Of a stretch of 64,000 bases of DNA, positions 20,873-30,752 are shown piece after piece. The DNA is from Candidatus Zhuqueibacterota bacterium (lineage in GTDB: Bacteria; Zhuqueibacterota; Zhuqueibacteria; Thermofontimicrobiales; Thermofontimicrobiaceae). Location of the stretch: NCBI GenBank assembly GCA_049322915.1, contig JBMOPW010000012.1, positions 1 through 64,000 of the forward strand, written 5' to 3'. The notes under the pieces are model-generated. The model saw only the letters and a program-made list of their open reading frames with translations. It was not told the DNA's origin and made no database searches. Made by a program: the position numbers and the translations under genes. Position 1 is the stretch's first letter; each line of letters starts with the position of its first letter.

Positions 20873-22006
20873 ATGAAAATCATTTTGCTACTGATCACGC
20901 TTATGATTCCGATGCTGGCAGTTTCCTCTGGCAGCGAGAAAAATCGTCGCGCGCGGGACCATGGCATCGTGGTGGGCATATTGCCGCCAGGGAAAGGCAA
21001 TGCAATTACGGACGTCGCCGGTGTGGCCGTTGGGCACAAGACCCTCATCCAGAACGAGGATGTGCGAACCGGCGTCACTGTTATTTTGCCCCATGCCGGA
21101 AATATTTTTCAAGAAAAAGTGGCTGCTGCGGTGCACATTGGCAATGGATTTGGAAAGTTGGTTGGTTACTCGCAGGTAGAGGAATTGGGAGCGATAGAAA
21201 CTCCCATCGCTCTCACCAGCACACTGAATGTATTTCGCGTTGCTGATGCGCTCATCGATTTCACATTGCAGCAACCGGGCAACGAAGACCTGCGCTCCAT
21301 CAATCCGATTGCCGGCGAGACGAACGATGGTTTTCTCAATAACATCCAGCTTCGTTCTGTAACGCGGGAGGATGTGTTCGAAGCCATCCGAAATGCGAAG
21401 ACAGGCCCGGTCGCGGAAGGAAATGTCGGCGCCGGAACCGGCACCATATGCTTTGGCTTCAAAGGCGGTATCGGGACCGCTTCGCGCGTGCTGCCGGCGT
21501 CGCGGGGCAATTTCACTGTCGGCGTACTGGTTCAGACAAATTTCGGCGGTATCCTGGAAATCAACGGCGCGCCCGTTGGCAAGGAACTGGGCGAATATTA
21601 TTTGAAGGACGAACTTTCCGGCGATGGCTCCTGCATGATCGTGATTGCGACGGATGCACCCTTGTCGCACCGAAATTTGAAACGGCTGGCCAAGCGCTCC
21701 ATCCTCGGCATGGCAAAAACCGGCAGTTTCTGTTCCAATGGCAGCGGCGATTATGCGATTGCATTCAGCACGCATCCGAACTGCCGCATCGCGCATCGCA
21801 GCGACGCTCTGTCTCACGCCACAGAGGACATGAACAATGACGACATGTCTCCCCTATTCCTGGCGGTCGTTGAAGCCACGCAGGAGGCAATTTACAATTC
21901 GCTGTTTGCCGGCGCAACAATGAAGGGCTGGCAGGGACACGAAGTCCCGGCCATGCCGCTTGACGCAGTGCTGCGCGTGTGTAAAAAATATCACGTCATT
22001 CATTAG
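20873..22006 (+). CDS. dmpA: Secreted P1/S58 family aminopeptidase (DmpA-like)
   Basis: NAITDVAGVAVGH, NGFGK, EGNVGAGTG, KGGIGTASR, autoprocessing SNGSGD; signal peptide from ATG 20873 (alternative start 20864). Confidence 0.88.
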   Translation: MKIILLLITLMIPMLAVSSGSEKNRRARDHGIVVGILPPGKGNAITDVAGVAVGHKTLIQNEDVRTGVTVILPHAGNIFQEKVAAAVHIGNGFGKLVGYSQVEELGAIETPIALTSTLNVFRVADALIDFTLQQPGNEDLRSINPIAGETNDGFLNNIQLRSVTREDVFEAIRNAKTGPVAEGNVGAGTGTICFGFKGGIGTASRVLPASRGNFTVGVLVQTNFGGILEINGAPVGKELGEYYLKDELSGDGSCMIVIATDAPLSHRNLKRLAKRSILGMAKTGSFCSNGSGDYAIAFSTHPNCRIAHRSDALSHATEDMNNDDMSPLFLAVVEATQEAIYNSLFAGATMKGWQGHEVPAMPLDAVLRVCKKYHVIH

Positions 22007-22013
22007 GCGGATT

Positions 22014-22238
22014 ATGGATCCCAATTTTCAGTCTCTCGGGAAGTACCTGATTTTTTTAGGCATTGTTGTGATCATCTTCGGAGTGATTCTCTATTATTTC
22101 AAAGGCATCCCATTTTTCGGGAAACTGCCCGGCGACATTCATGTCATGAGAAAAAATTTCAGCTTTCATTTCCCGATTGTCACTTGCATTGTGCTGAGCC
22201 TGATTATTTCATTCCTGTTCTACCTGTTCCGGCGATAA
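22014..22238 (+). CDS. DUF2905 family small membrane protein
   Basis: GKLPGDI...NFSFHFPIVTCIVLS signature. Confidence 0.85.
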   Translation: MDPNFQSLGKYLIFLGIVVIIFGVILYYFKGIPFFGKLPGDIHVMRKNFSFHFPIVTCIVLSLIISFLFYLFRR

Positions 22239-22337
22239 TTTCCTGAATGCCTGTAAACTGATGGGGCGTCGGGAATGACAGACACAAATCCAATCAAAAT
22301 GATTTGTTTTTTCATTGCTAACCCATGGGTAGAAATT

Positions 22338-23639
22338 ATGAAAACAATATTCAACCCGTTACGATGCGCCTTTCTGGTGTTGACAGTGGCCATCTGTTCC
22401 GCATTAGCCGATCCGCCCTCACGCGTGGATGTCATTCAGATTAAAGGCGGAACGGTCAATCCGATTTCGGCTGAATATATCATCAACGCCATTGAAATGG
22501 CCGAGACAAATAAATCCGTGTGTCTGATCATCGAACTGGACACACCAGGCGGACTGATTGCAGCGACCCAGGACATTGTCAAGAAAATGCTGGCGTCCAC
22601 GGTGCCGCTGGTTGTATTCGTCCATCCATCAGGAGCCGGCGCAGTGTCCGCCGGGGTTTCCATCACCATTGCTGCGCATTTTGCCGCCATGGCGCCGGGC
22701 ACCAATATCGGTGCAGCCCATCCGGTGGGCGCCGGCAAAACCGACTCCGCCGATGTTGCAGTTCAGAAAGCCACCAATTGGTGGGCTACATTCAATCGCT
22801 CCATCGCCACGAAGCGGGGACGCAATCCCGACTGGGTGGAAAAAGCTGTCCGCCAAAGCGAATCCATCACAGAAATCAAGGCTCTGGAACTGGGCGTCAT
22901 CGATTTCATCTGCCCGAATCTGGACAGCCTGCTGCTTGTATTAGATGGCAAATCTGCTGCAATGGACAGCGGCGCGGTTGTGCTGCACACAAAGGAAGCG
23001 ACGATTGTCCGCCACGACACCAATCTTCGGTTTAAAATACTCGATATTATTTCCAATCCATCGGTCGCCTACATTCTATTCATGCTCGGCTTGCTGGGCA
23101 TGTATTTCGAATTTTCCAGTCCGGGCGCCATTCTCCCCGGCGTGCTGGGAGGCATTTTTCTCATCCTCGCTTTCTTTGCCATGCAGCAGTTGCCGGTGAA
23201 TGTCGCCGGAATTTTGCTCATCTTGTTCGGCACTATTTTATTCATCCTTGAAGTGAAAATTGCCAGCTATGGACTATTAACGATTGGAGGTGTTGTGTCC
23301 ATGATTTTAGGTTCTTTGATGCTGTTTAAAAGCACGCCCTCGGTGGCGGTGCATATTCCTCTCTCCCTCATTCTGGCAGTCACGCTGACGACGGCCGCAT
23401 TTTTTATCTTTGCCGTTGGGATGGCTGCGAAGACTTTCCGAACCAAAGTGACCACCGGTAAAGAGGGCATCACCGGTGAAACCGGGGTCGCGATCACCAA
23501 GCTCGATCCGGAAGGCAGAGTGAAAGTCCACGGAGAATACTGGATGGCGCGCAGCGATGACAAGATCAAAAAGGACGATAAGGTCATTGTCGTGGCCATC
23601 GATAATTTGAAACTCATAGTAAAAAAATATACGAATTGA
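22338..23639 (+). CDS. nfeD: NfeD family membrane-bound ClpP-class serine protease
   Basis: ELDTPGG, A.SAG, MAPGTNIGAAHPV, TM domain, C-terminal OB fold (VHGEYW.ARS). Confidence 0.92.
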   Translation: MKTIFNPLRCAFLVLTVAICSALADPPSRVDVIQIKGGTVNPISAEYIINAIEMAETNKSVCLIIELDTPGGLIAATQDIVKKMLASTVPLVVFVHPSGAGAVSAGVSITIAAHFAAMAPGTNIGAAHPVGAGKTDSADVAVQKATNWWATFNRSIATKRGRNPDWVEKAVRQSESITEIKALELGVIDFICPNLDSLLLVLDGKSAAMDSGAVVLHTKEATIVRHDTNLRFKILDIISNPSVAYILFMLGLLGMYFEFSSPGAILPGVLGGIFLILAFFAMQQLPVNVAGILLILFGTILFILEVKIASYGLLTIGGVVSMILGSLMLFKSTPSVAVHIPLSLILAVTLTTAAFFIFAVGMAAKTFRTKVTTGKEGITGETGVAITKLDPEGRVKVHGEYWMARSDDKIKKDDKVIVVAIDNLKLIVKKYTN

Positions 23640-23660
23640 CCATAAATCAGGAGGATTCTT

Positions 23661-24410
23661 ATGCATGCCTTAGCTGCAATTATCGTCATTCTTCTTTTTC
23701 TTCTCATGAGCGCGATTCGCATTTTTCGCGAATATGAACGCGGCGTTGTGTTTCGTCTCGGCAGGTTGGTTGGCGATAAAGGGCCGGGATTGGTGTTCAT
23801 CATTCCCATCGTCGATAAAGTTGTCCGTGTGGGTTTGCGAACCATTACGATGGACATCCCGCCGCAGGACATTATCACGAAAGACAATGTGTCCGTCAAA
23901 GTGAATGCGGTGCTCTATTTCAGGGTGATCAGTCCATCCAAGGCCATCATCGAGGTCGAGGACTATTTGTTCGCCACATCGCAGTTGGCGCAGACCACAC
24001 TGCGTAGCATTCTGGGCCAGGTGGAATTGGATGATTTGCTGTCCGAGCGGGAGAAAATCAATCAGGAATTGCAAAGCATCATCGACAATCACACCGATCC
24101 CTGGGGCATCAAAGTCGCGCTGGTGGAAGTGAAGCACATCGATCTGCCGCAGGAAATGCAACGCGCCATGGCTCGTCAGGCCGAAGCCGAACGCGAGCGA
24201 CGCGCCAAAGTGATTCACGCCGAAGGCGAATACCAGGCATCGCAGCGTCTGGCCGATGCCGCCGAAGTGATCGCGAAACAGCCCATGGCCATGCAATTGC
24301 GCTTTTTGCAGACATTGGCCGAAGTGGCCGCGGAGAATAATTCCACCACCGTGTTCCCGGTGCCCATCGATCTGTTCCGGCCATTCTTCGAAAAAGCGAT
24401 GGGCAAATGA
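23661..24410 (+). CDS. Slipin / SPFH (stomatin-like) protein
   Basis: [45 protein letters not shown]; canonical partner of nfeD. Confidence 0.95.
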   Translation: MHALAAIIVILLFLLMSAIRIFREYERGVVFRLGRLVGDKGPGLVFIIPIVDKVVRVGLRTITMDIPPQDIITKDNVSVKVNAVLYFRVISPSKAIIEVEDYLFATSQLAQTTLRSILGQVELDDLLSEREKINQELQSIIDNHTDPWGIKVALVEVKHIDLPQEMQRAMARQAEAERERRAKVIHAEGEYQASQRLADAAEVIAKQPMAMQLRFLQTLAEVAAENNSTTVFPVPIDLFRPFFEKAMGK

Positions 24411-24472
24411 CGTCGCTGTTTACTGAATTGGCCTGGCAAACCAGGTCCGTCCCCTTTCACGTATATTTAAGC

Positions 24473-24503
24473 AGAAAAGCGAGTTCCGCAACTCGCTTTT
24501 TCT
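24473..24503 (+). terminator. Rho-independent terminator
   Basis: AAAAGCGAGTT-ccgc-AACTCGCTTTTT. Confidence 0.75.
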
Positions 24504-24521
24504 CATTCAACAGGCATTGGC

Positions 24522-25724
24522 ATGACGACAGAAAAACTTTTTCTCAATGATTCCTATCGGTGCGAATTCGACGCCCGGGTGGTCCGAGCGTTTACTCTGG
24601 AAAACAAGACAGCGATTGTTCTGGATCGAACCGCATTTTATCCGACATCCGGCGGACAAAAGCACGATACCGGCCGGCTCAACCATTCCCGCGTGATCGA
24701 TGTCATCGAGCAGGACGAGGAGATTGTTCACATTCTCGAATCGCCGGTGACTGCCGCTGAAGTCCACGGCGTGATCGACTGGCCGCGCCGTTTTGACTTC
24801 ATGCAGCAACACACCGGATTTCATATTCTGGCCGGAAGCTTCCTACAAATCACCGGGGCAGCGACCGTCTCGTCCCACCTGGGCAATGAGATTTCCACCA
24901 TCGACATTTCGCTGGACGCGATTGAACGCGAACAAATCATCGCCGTGGAAAATCTGGCCAACCGCATCATTTTCGAGAATCGGCCGGTGAATGCCTATTC
25001 GGCGGAGCCAGGCCGCATCGACGCCGCCAAAATACGCAAAGCACTGCCGGCTCTTCCCCTGGTGCGGCTGGTGGATATCGACAATTTCGACCTCGATCCC
25101 TGCGGCGGCACCCATGTCCGGGCCAGCGGCGAAGTGGGTCTCGTGAAAATCATTCGCTGGGAGAAAATCCGCGGCGACCTGCGGTTCCATTTTTTCGCCG
25201 GCAGTCGCGCCATCAAAGACTACCAGCAGAAATGGCAGATATGCAGCGCGCTGGCCGCGAAGTTTTCCGTTGACGAAGACGATGTGGTTCCGGCCGTTGA
25301 AAAGATGCAGAGTGAAATGGGGCTTTTGCAGAAGCAGAATAAAAAAATGACGCAGCAGCTTCTCGTTCACGAGGCCGGAGAATTGGTCCGAAACGCAGAG
25401 CAATCCGGCTCGAAGGTGATTGCGTTGCTGTTCGAGGACAGGCCGCTGAACGACATCCGGGAGTTGGCCCGTCAGATTACCGCGACCAGCGATATCTGGG
25501 CGCTGCTGGGATTGAAGGCCGCGAAGGCGCATCTGATTTTCGCCCACTCCGGCGCGAGCGCCTACAATTTGAATGAACTGGTGCGCCAGGTCGCCCACCT
25601 CATCGACGGGCGCGGCGGCGGGCGTCCCAATTTCGTCGAGATCGGCGGGGACAAAACGTCCGCATTGGAAGAGACGCTTCACAGCGCCCGGGTGATTCTC
25701 GAAAATGGCGTCCTGAAATCATGA
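24522..25724 (+). CDS. AlaX-type alanyl-tRNA editing protein with DHHA1 domain
   Basis: LDRTAFYPTSGGQ..D.G, QQHTGFH, CGGTH, C-terminal GRGGG. Confidence 0.9.
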   Translation: MTTEKLFLNDSYRCEFDARVVRAFTLENKTAIVLDRTAFYPTSGGQKHDTGRLNHSRVIDVIEQDEEIVHILESPVTAAEVHGVIDWPRRFDFMQQHTGFHILAGSFLQITGAATVSSHLGNEISTIDISLDAIEREQIIAVENLANRIIFENRPVNAYSAEPGRIDAAKIRKALPALPLVRLVDIDNFDLDPCGGTHVRASGEVGLVKIIRWEKIRGDLRFHFFAGSRAIKDYQQKWQICSALAAKFSVDEDDVVPAVEKMQSEMGLLQKQNKKMTQQLLVHEAGELVRNAEQSGSKVIALLFEDRPLNDIRELARQITATSDIWALLGLKAAKAHLIFAHSGASAYNLNELVRQVAHLIDGRGGGRPNFVEIGGDKTSALEETLHSARVILENGVLKS

Positions 25725-25802
25725 CCGTCGTGTGAATGTTCCGGCGCAATGAATTTCATCCCTCATGTAATAACGCCCCTGTTAAAGGGATTTTTTAGAT
25801 TG

Positions 25803-25907
25803 AATTTATTGGACGTTACATCGTATGAAATAGAACGCGGATAACACAGATGACACGGATTTTCGCTGATTTTTTGCCTTGATCCGTAATGTAACATCGA
25901 ATAAATT
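25803..25907. repeat. 19-bp imperfect inverted repeat enclosing a periodic ACRCRGAT-type tract
   Basis: AATTTATTGGACGTTACAT (25803-25821) versus ATGTAACATCGAATAAATT (25889-25907), 17/19 complementary. Confidence 0.6.
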
Positions 25908-25920
25908 TTGGCGGTCAAAT

Positions 25921-26949
25921 TCATTTCAGCATGGTCGAATCGAACACGGCTTCGAACAGGTCCGGCCGGTGCTCGTACCGGCGCAACGCATCGGCCGTCT
26001 GCGGCGAGGTTTTTTCCAGCAAGCTGCTGATGGAGTTAATTTCCTTTTCACCCAATTTTCCTTTTGACACGACCTCGACGGACACGTTCGTCGCCGGGAA
26101 CCGGTGCATGAATTCCGGCTTGAACAGCAGCGCCGCCATGCTGGGATTGGGATCGATGATGCGAATGCCGGCGTGACCGGCCGCAGCAAAAGCATCGCTG
26201 AATTGCTGCATCGAATAGCCGAAATGCGTGCAATTCAGACTGGCAAAAATAGGAACAGGCTCAGCGCCGAGTTTATCAAGGGCTTTGCCGACATACTTTG
26301 TGATGAGCCCGATGGTCTCTTCGCTGGCTGGGCCTTCTTCGATTCGTCCCGCAAGACGGGGGCACGATTGCCCGATAATTCGCTCCGCCGGGATGCCCCG
26401 TTCGATGAGCAATTTTTTGTGCGCCCCGGAGCCGATGGTCGTCTCTGTCGCGAAAATCAGGACGGTGGCTTCCGGCTGGCGCTCGAATTCCTGCTCCATC
26501 AAATCGACGCCCAGCTCCACAATGCCGATCACCGGGTAATTGGCGCGCTGAGCAAACCCTGTCTTGTCGTACAACACCGACAGCGTGTTGCAGGCGATGA
26601 GCAGCATGTCCGGATGGTAGCTCTTCTTCATTGCTTTCAGCGCCGAGTCAAAAATCCGCACCTTCTCCGACTCATTTTTCAGACTGTTGTAGCCATAATA
26701 ATCGTGGTATTGGGAATTGTAAAAAATAATGCGGACATTTTCGAACACGCCGCTCTGCGGCAATCGGGCCGCCAACTCCGCTGCCACGGATAATCCACCC
26801 AAACCTGAATCTGTGACCAGAATGGTCACGTCCGTATCTGCTTGAAAAAACTCATTCACCATAACATGGATGTCCTTTTTCTTAGAGCATTGCAAAGTGA
26901 GCATGAGAATAATTGCCAGACAAAGTAACAGCGACCAGACGCGTTTCAT
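25921..26949 (-). CDS. Aspartate/glutamate racemase family protein with N-terminal export or lipoprotein signal
   Basis: DSGLGGLSV, ACNT, AT..T..S..H, NCTHF (both catalytic Cys present); MKRVWSLLLCLAIILMLTLQC-SKKK leader; RBS GGAGGG. Confidence 0.82.
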   Translation of the reverse strand: MKRVWSLLLCLAIILMLTLQCSKKKDIHVMVNEFFQADTDVTILVTDSGLGGLSVAAELAARLPQSGVFENVRIIFYNSQYHDYYGYNSLKNESEKVRIFDSALKAMKKSYHPDMLLIACNTLSVLYDKTGFAQRANYPVIGIVELGVDLMEQEFERQPEATVLIFATETTIGSGAHKKLLIERGIPAERIIGQSCPRLAGRIEEGPASEETIGLITKYVGKALDKLGAEPVPIFASLNCTHFGYSMQQFSDAFAAAGHAGIRIIDPNPSMAALLFKPEFMHRFPATNVSVEVVSKGKLGEKEINSISSLLEKTSPQTADALRRYEHRPDLFEAVFDSTMLK

Positions 26950-26972
26950 TTTTCCCTCCAAACTGTCTTTTA

Positions 26973-27641
26973 TTATGAAGCAACTTTTTTCACGGCGTCA
27001 TTTAAAAATCTATTGAACGGATATTGAATCTTAATTAACCCGCGCAGCGTTTTCATGATGTCTTCCGATATCCACTCGAAATCATCGATCCTGTGGATGA
27101 CGGCATAATCTTTATAGGCGAGCAAATGGATATCGGCAAAATCTTTCGGAAAATCTCTCGGACTCGATTTCAGCCTGTCGCCATAAATTTCGCTGAAGTA
27201 CTGTTTGAAATCCGCGCTGTCGATGATCTTTTTAAACGCTTCGGTGTTCTCATAGATATGGGATCGGATCGCCGCCAGATATTTCGCGTCCGGCCGGTAA
27301 ATGCCACCGCCAGCAAAAGACCCGCCCGGCTCCAGATGAAAATAGTACCCGGCGTAAGGGCTTTTTCGGCCCCCCTTGGCAACAAAGGCGCCGAAGTTGG
27401 TTTTGTAAGGCAGTTTGTCATGTGAAAATCGGGTGTCCCTGAATATTCGGAACGTGCATTCCGAGGCGCTTGCGACATCAATTTCCGGATCAATCTCTTT
27501 GGTGATTGGAATCAGCGCATCGATCAATTTTTCAAACTCAATTTTCGCTTCTTCATAAAGCGATCTGTTTGCATTGAACCAGGCTCTGTCATTATTACTC
27601 CTCAACTGCGTGAGGAATTGGAGCGATTTTTCCAATTGCAT
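26973..27641 (-). CDS. DUF2461 family protein
   Basis: FL..L..NN.R.WF..N...YE, FRIFRDTRFS.DK.PYK, YYFHLEPG. Confidence 0.92.
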   Translation of the reverse strand: MQLEKSLQFLTQLRSNNDRAWFNANRSLYEEAKIEFEKLIDALIPITKEIDPEIDVASASECTFRIFRDTRFSHDKLPYKTNFGAFVAKGGRKSPYAGYYFHLEPGGSFAGGGIYRPDAKYLAAIRSHIYENTEAFKKIIDSADFKQYFSEIYGDRLKSSPRDFPKDFADIHLLAYKDYAVIHRIDDFEWISEDIMKTLRGLIKIQYPFNRFLNDAVKKVAS

Positions 27642-28059
27642 AACTTCTCCCCTGTTTCGTTTGTGCCACTTCCTGACTGTATAGTTACTTTCGAAAACAC
27701 CTAAATTAGCTATGGGGTTGATATTTTCAAACTACATTACGTCAGACCTCATCCCTAAAACCCTTCTTACCCTGCCGGCAAGAAGGGAGACATCTGTACT
27801 CCCTCTCCTTTTAGGCTTACCCGGACCCATATCTTTTCTAACGCAGAGACCGCAGAGGTACACAGAGTTTTGGTATTGAAAAAAAGCTGTTTGCAAACCT
27901 ATGAAACCAGGTATTTTCCTGGTTGTTTTGGTCTTCTGTTACTATTGGTGAACATGATTTTCATTGTTTGATTGAAAATTTTAATATCACTCCGGCCAAT
28001 TCAAAGCTGGTCTTTTCGCTGCGTCCTTCGCGACCTCTGCGTTTCATTTGATTTGTTAA

Positions 28060-28324
28060 CCCTACTACGTCACATAGATTTTTTATCGTTGTATATTGTA
28101 TTTTTGATAGATGAAAAACTCAACATATTGTGATAAATTTACTAACCTGAATTATTCATGAACTTGCTCAGAATTTGAGTCAACATTGAGATTTTCAATT
28201 AGCTAAAGGCTATGCTATTTTGAAACTCAGTTTTTATACGTTTATTCCAAAAAGAGCACCATTCAGGTTAGCCAGCCTCCTCTAAAAATACTATGAATAA
28301 TGCAGGCTAAATGACGTTGTAGGG
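28060..28324. mobile_element. MITE-like element with TTAA target duplication
   Basis: TTAA|CCCTACTACGTCA ... TGACGTTGTAGGG|TTAA (12/13 IR). Confidence 0.68.
28146..28306. mobile_element. MITE with IS1380-like ends and CTAA target duplication
   Basis: CTAA|CCTGAATTATTCAT ... ATGAATAATGCAGG|CTAA (13/14 IR). Confidence 0.72.
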
Positions 28325-28447
28325 TTAATATCCCCCAACTTATGGCTAAGGATTAGCCTTTTAGGACAGGGTTGGGGTGAGGTCAATATTAGCAGTTCTC
28401 GGACTGACACTATATATTTTATTGAAATCTATTGTCAAAGCAAAAAA

Positions 28448-30133
28448 TCAATAGCCCACAGCCACGCCGTCGCGCCGGGAGTCGGCTCCGCCGAACAGCT
28501 TTTTCAATTTCGAATCGATCAGAATGCCCTGGGCGCCGCCGAAATAGTTGTCGTATTCCGCGCGCACACTCACTTTGTGGCCCAGCGCTTCCAGCTTTTC
28601 CACGACAGATTTGTCGATGCGGCCTTCCACGTACAGCGTCTTTGTAATGCAATGCACGCGCGGCGCTTCGATGGCCTCATCCATGCCCATGCCAAAATCG
28701 ATGACATTCATGATGATTTGCGCCAGCGCAGAAATGATGCGCGGGCCGCCGGGAGTGCCCAGCGTCATGAAAGGTTTGCCGTCTTTGAGCACCAGCGTCG
28801 GCGCGATGCTGCTGGAGGGACGTTTGTGCGGGGCAATGGAATTGGGCCGACCCGGCAGGTCATCAAAATCGCTGAGATGATCGTTCAGCAACATGCCGGC
28901 GCCAGGCACAACCACGCCGGAGCCGAACCAGTGGTTGATGCTCTGGGTGAGCGCCACAATATTGCCGTCTTTGTCCACCACGGACAGATGCGAGGTGCTG
29001 CCGGATTCCAGCCGGATGAGCACCGGCGGGACATAATCGAATCTGGCCCGGGTCGTATCGATTCTCGCGCGCAGCCTGTCCGCGTAGCTTTTGCTGGTGA
29101 ATGTATCCGCCGGGATGTCATAAAAATCAGGATCGGCGGCATTGAGCGATTTATCGGCGAAGATCAATTTCATGGCCTCGGTCAACCGGTGAATGTACGG
29201 CGCGGAGTTGTGTCCCAGCTTCTGCACGTCGTAGCCTTCCATCAGATTGAGCAGCTCGATGAGATGGGTCCCGCCGCCGGTGACCGGCGCCGCCGAGATG
29301 ATGTCGTAACCGCGGTACGCGCCTTTCACCGGCGCTCTGAACATGGCGCGGTAGGCTTTCATGTCGTCCAGTTCAAAAATACCGCCCTGCTGCTTCACTT
29401 CCTGAACAATGGCATTGGCCAGATCGCCTTCGTAAAAAATCTCCGGCCCGGCGGCCGCGATTTTCTCCAGGGACTGGGCCAGGTCTTCGTTTTTCAACAC
29501 GGCGCCAGTCTCCAGCGGCAGCATATCGGATAGATAGATTTCCGCGGTCGCGGGGAAGGCCAGAATTTTCTCGATATTTTCTGTGATCATGCCATTCAAA
29601 TTATCGCTGACCACCAGCCCGCCGCGCGCCAATTGAATGGCTGGCTGCAACACCTGGCTCAGCGTGAGCGTGCCGTATTTTTTCAGCGCGATATCGGCGC
29701 AGGCCACCAGTCCGGGAACGCCGACCGCCGTCGCGCCCATGCCGGTGAGTTTTTCGAAACTCTCCCCGGTTTGATAATAGAATTCAGGCGTGGCTTTTTT
29801 CGGGGCCATTTCCCGATAGTCCACCATAATGGCCTCCTCCGAATCGGCCCTTTTGATGAGCAGAAATCCGCCGCCGCCAATACCGGAAGCATTGGGCTCG
29901 GCCATGGACAGCGTAAACGCCATGGCCAGCGCCGCGTCCACCGCGTTTCCGCCATTTTTTAAAACGTCCAGTCCAACAGCCGAGGCCATCGGGTGCGCGG
30001 AAGCGACCATCGCATTTTCAGCCACGACATCCGCGGCTTGCCGGGGCATATCGCCCGCGAGGCCCATTGATTGTAGGAACATCGGGATAATGAAAATCAG
30101 AGTCCACTGAAGAGATAATTTTGAACGGAGCAT
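28448..30133 (-). CDS. ggt: Gamma-glutamyltransferase (exported)
   Basis: Signal peptide; GGNAVDAA, SGIGGGGF, DYRE.AP, STSHLSVVD (Thr nucleophile), KRP.SS..P, GTPGG.RI, GAD.RRDG. Confidence 0.95.
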   Translation of the reverse strand: MLRSKLSLQWTLIFIIPMFLQSMGLAGDMPRQAADVVAENAMVASAHPMASAVGLDVLKNGGNAVDAALAMAFTLSMAEPNASGIGGGGFLLIKRADSEEAIMVDYREMAPKKATPEFYYQTGESFEKLTGMGATAVGVPGLVACADIALKKYGTLTLSQVLQPAIQLARGGLVVSDNLNGMITENIEKILAFPATAEIYLSDMLPLETGAVLKNEDLAQSLEKIAAAGPEIFYEGDLANAIVQEVKQQGGIFELDDMKAYRAMFRAPVKGAYRGYDIISAAPVTGGGTHLIELLNLMEGYDVQKLGHNSAPYIHRLTEAMKLIFADKSLNAADPDFYDIPADTFTSKSYADRLRARIDTTRARFDYVPPVLIRLESGSTSHLSVVDKDGNIVALTQSINHWFGSGVVVPGAGMLLNDHLSDFDDLPGRPNSIAPHKRPSSSIAPTLVLKDGKPFMTLGTPGGPRIISALAQIIMNVIDFGMGMDEAIEAPRVHCITKTLYVEGRIDKSVVEKLEALGHKVSVRAEYDNYFGGAQGILIDSKLKKLFGGADSRRDGVAVGY

Positions 30134-30221
30134 TCTGCTCTCCTCTCTGGCAGGTTAGAAGTTGGTGTCGGCGTATTTGCCGAATTTCCAAACCGATATT
30201 AAATCCCACTTGTGTCGATTC

Positions 30222-30402
30222 TGCCACGAAATTCCGAAGGCACAAAGAAAAATAACAATCTGAAAGAATCGATTCTGAAAGGCTGAATTTGGTTTTAAAA
30301 AAAGATGAATATCCAGCGCGATCCTGTGTGTGAACAGCTACAAAAGAAGAAAAATGAAATTGACGTATTCGTATGACTTCGTGACTCTGTATCTTTCTGG
30401 CA
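30222..30402. repeat. GCC...GGC periodic-end intergenic element
   Basis: TGCCACGAAATTCCGAAGGCACAAAG ... CTTCGTGACTCTGTATCTTTCTGGCA. Confidence 0.55.
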
Positions 30403-30483
30403 AGAATATATGGATGAATAGTATTTGAATTCCTAAAATGGATTTTTATTATCAAATTTAGTGATTTAATTTCTAAAGACATA

Positions 30484-30514
30484 TGGAGTGAATTGACTGT
30501 GTCAATTCACACCA
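30484..30514. promoter_or_regulatory. Palindrome upstream of ggt (operator-like)
   Basis: GTGAATTGAC-tgt-GTCAATTCAC, perfect 10-bp arms extending to 13/14. Confidence 0.4.
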
Positions 30515-30691
30515 AACTAAAATAATAGGATATACGCTCATTCGACATTTCATTTTAGAAATTCAGGTTGAAGGTAATATAAAGAACAAGGCGGGAAAAG
30601 TCAACCGGAATTTCTTGCGTGGCTTCTTTGACAGAACGGCGTTCATACAATACAGAGGCAGGCTTCATTGAATCGCTTTTCGGATGGCAAT

Positions 30692-30731
30692 AAAAAAACG
30701 GCCGCTGCTCCGGTAAGCGAACGGCCGTTTT
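30692..30731 (-). terminator. Rho-independent terminator
   Basis: AAAACGGCCG...CGGCCGTTTT hairpin with a T7 run on the minus strand. Confidence 0.75.
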
Positions 30732-30752
30732 CAATCAAAACGAGGAATTCTT

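Larger units (their letters stand above)
27814..28358. mobile_element. Non-coding insertion with GGC...GCC ends and TTTTA target duplication
   Basis: TTTTA at 27809-27813 and 28359-28363; ends GGCTTACCC / GGATTAGCC form only a weak inverted repeat. Confidence 0.55.
27745..28384. repeat. REP-like hairpin element split by insertions
   Basis: GACCTCATCCC... left arm and ...GGGTTGGGGTGAGGTC right arm; removing the insert rejoins CCCTCTCCTTTTAGGACAGGG. Confidence 0.55.

Noticed and set aside
22014..24410. DUF2905-nfeD-slipin cluster as a novel system
   Set aside because: nfeD-stomatin pairs are widespread and already described
27840..27870. Periodic GCAGAG/CACGAAG tracts as CRISPR repeats
   Set aside because: Units are 8-9 bp without unique spacers, and no cas genes are present
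28577..29533. Long antisense ORFs (for example 28577-29533, 30756-31685, 44501-45499, 50160-50885, 20888-21817)
   Set aside because: Shadow frames opposite well-supported GC-rich genes
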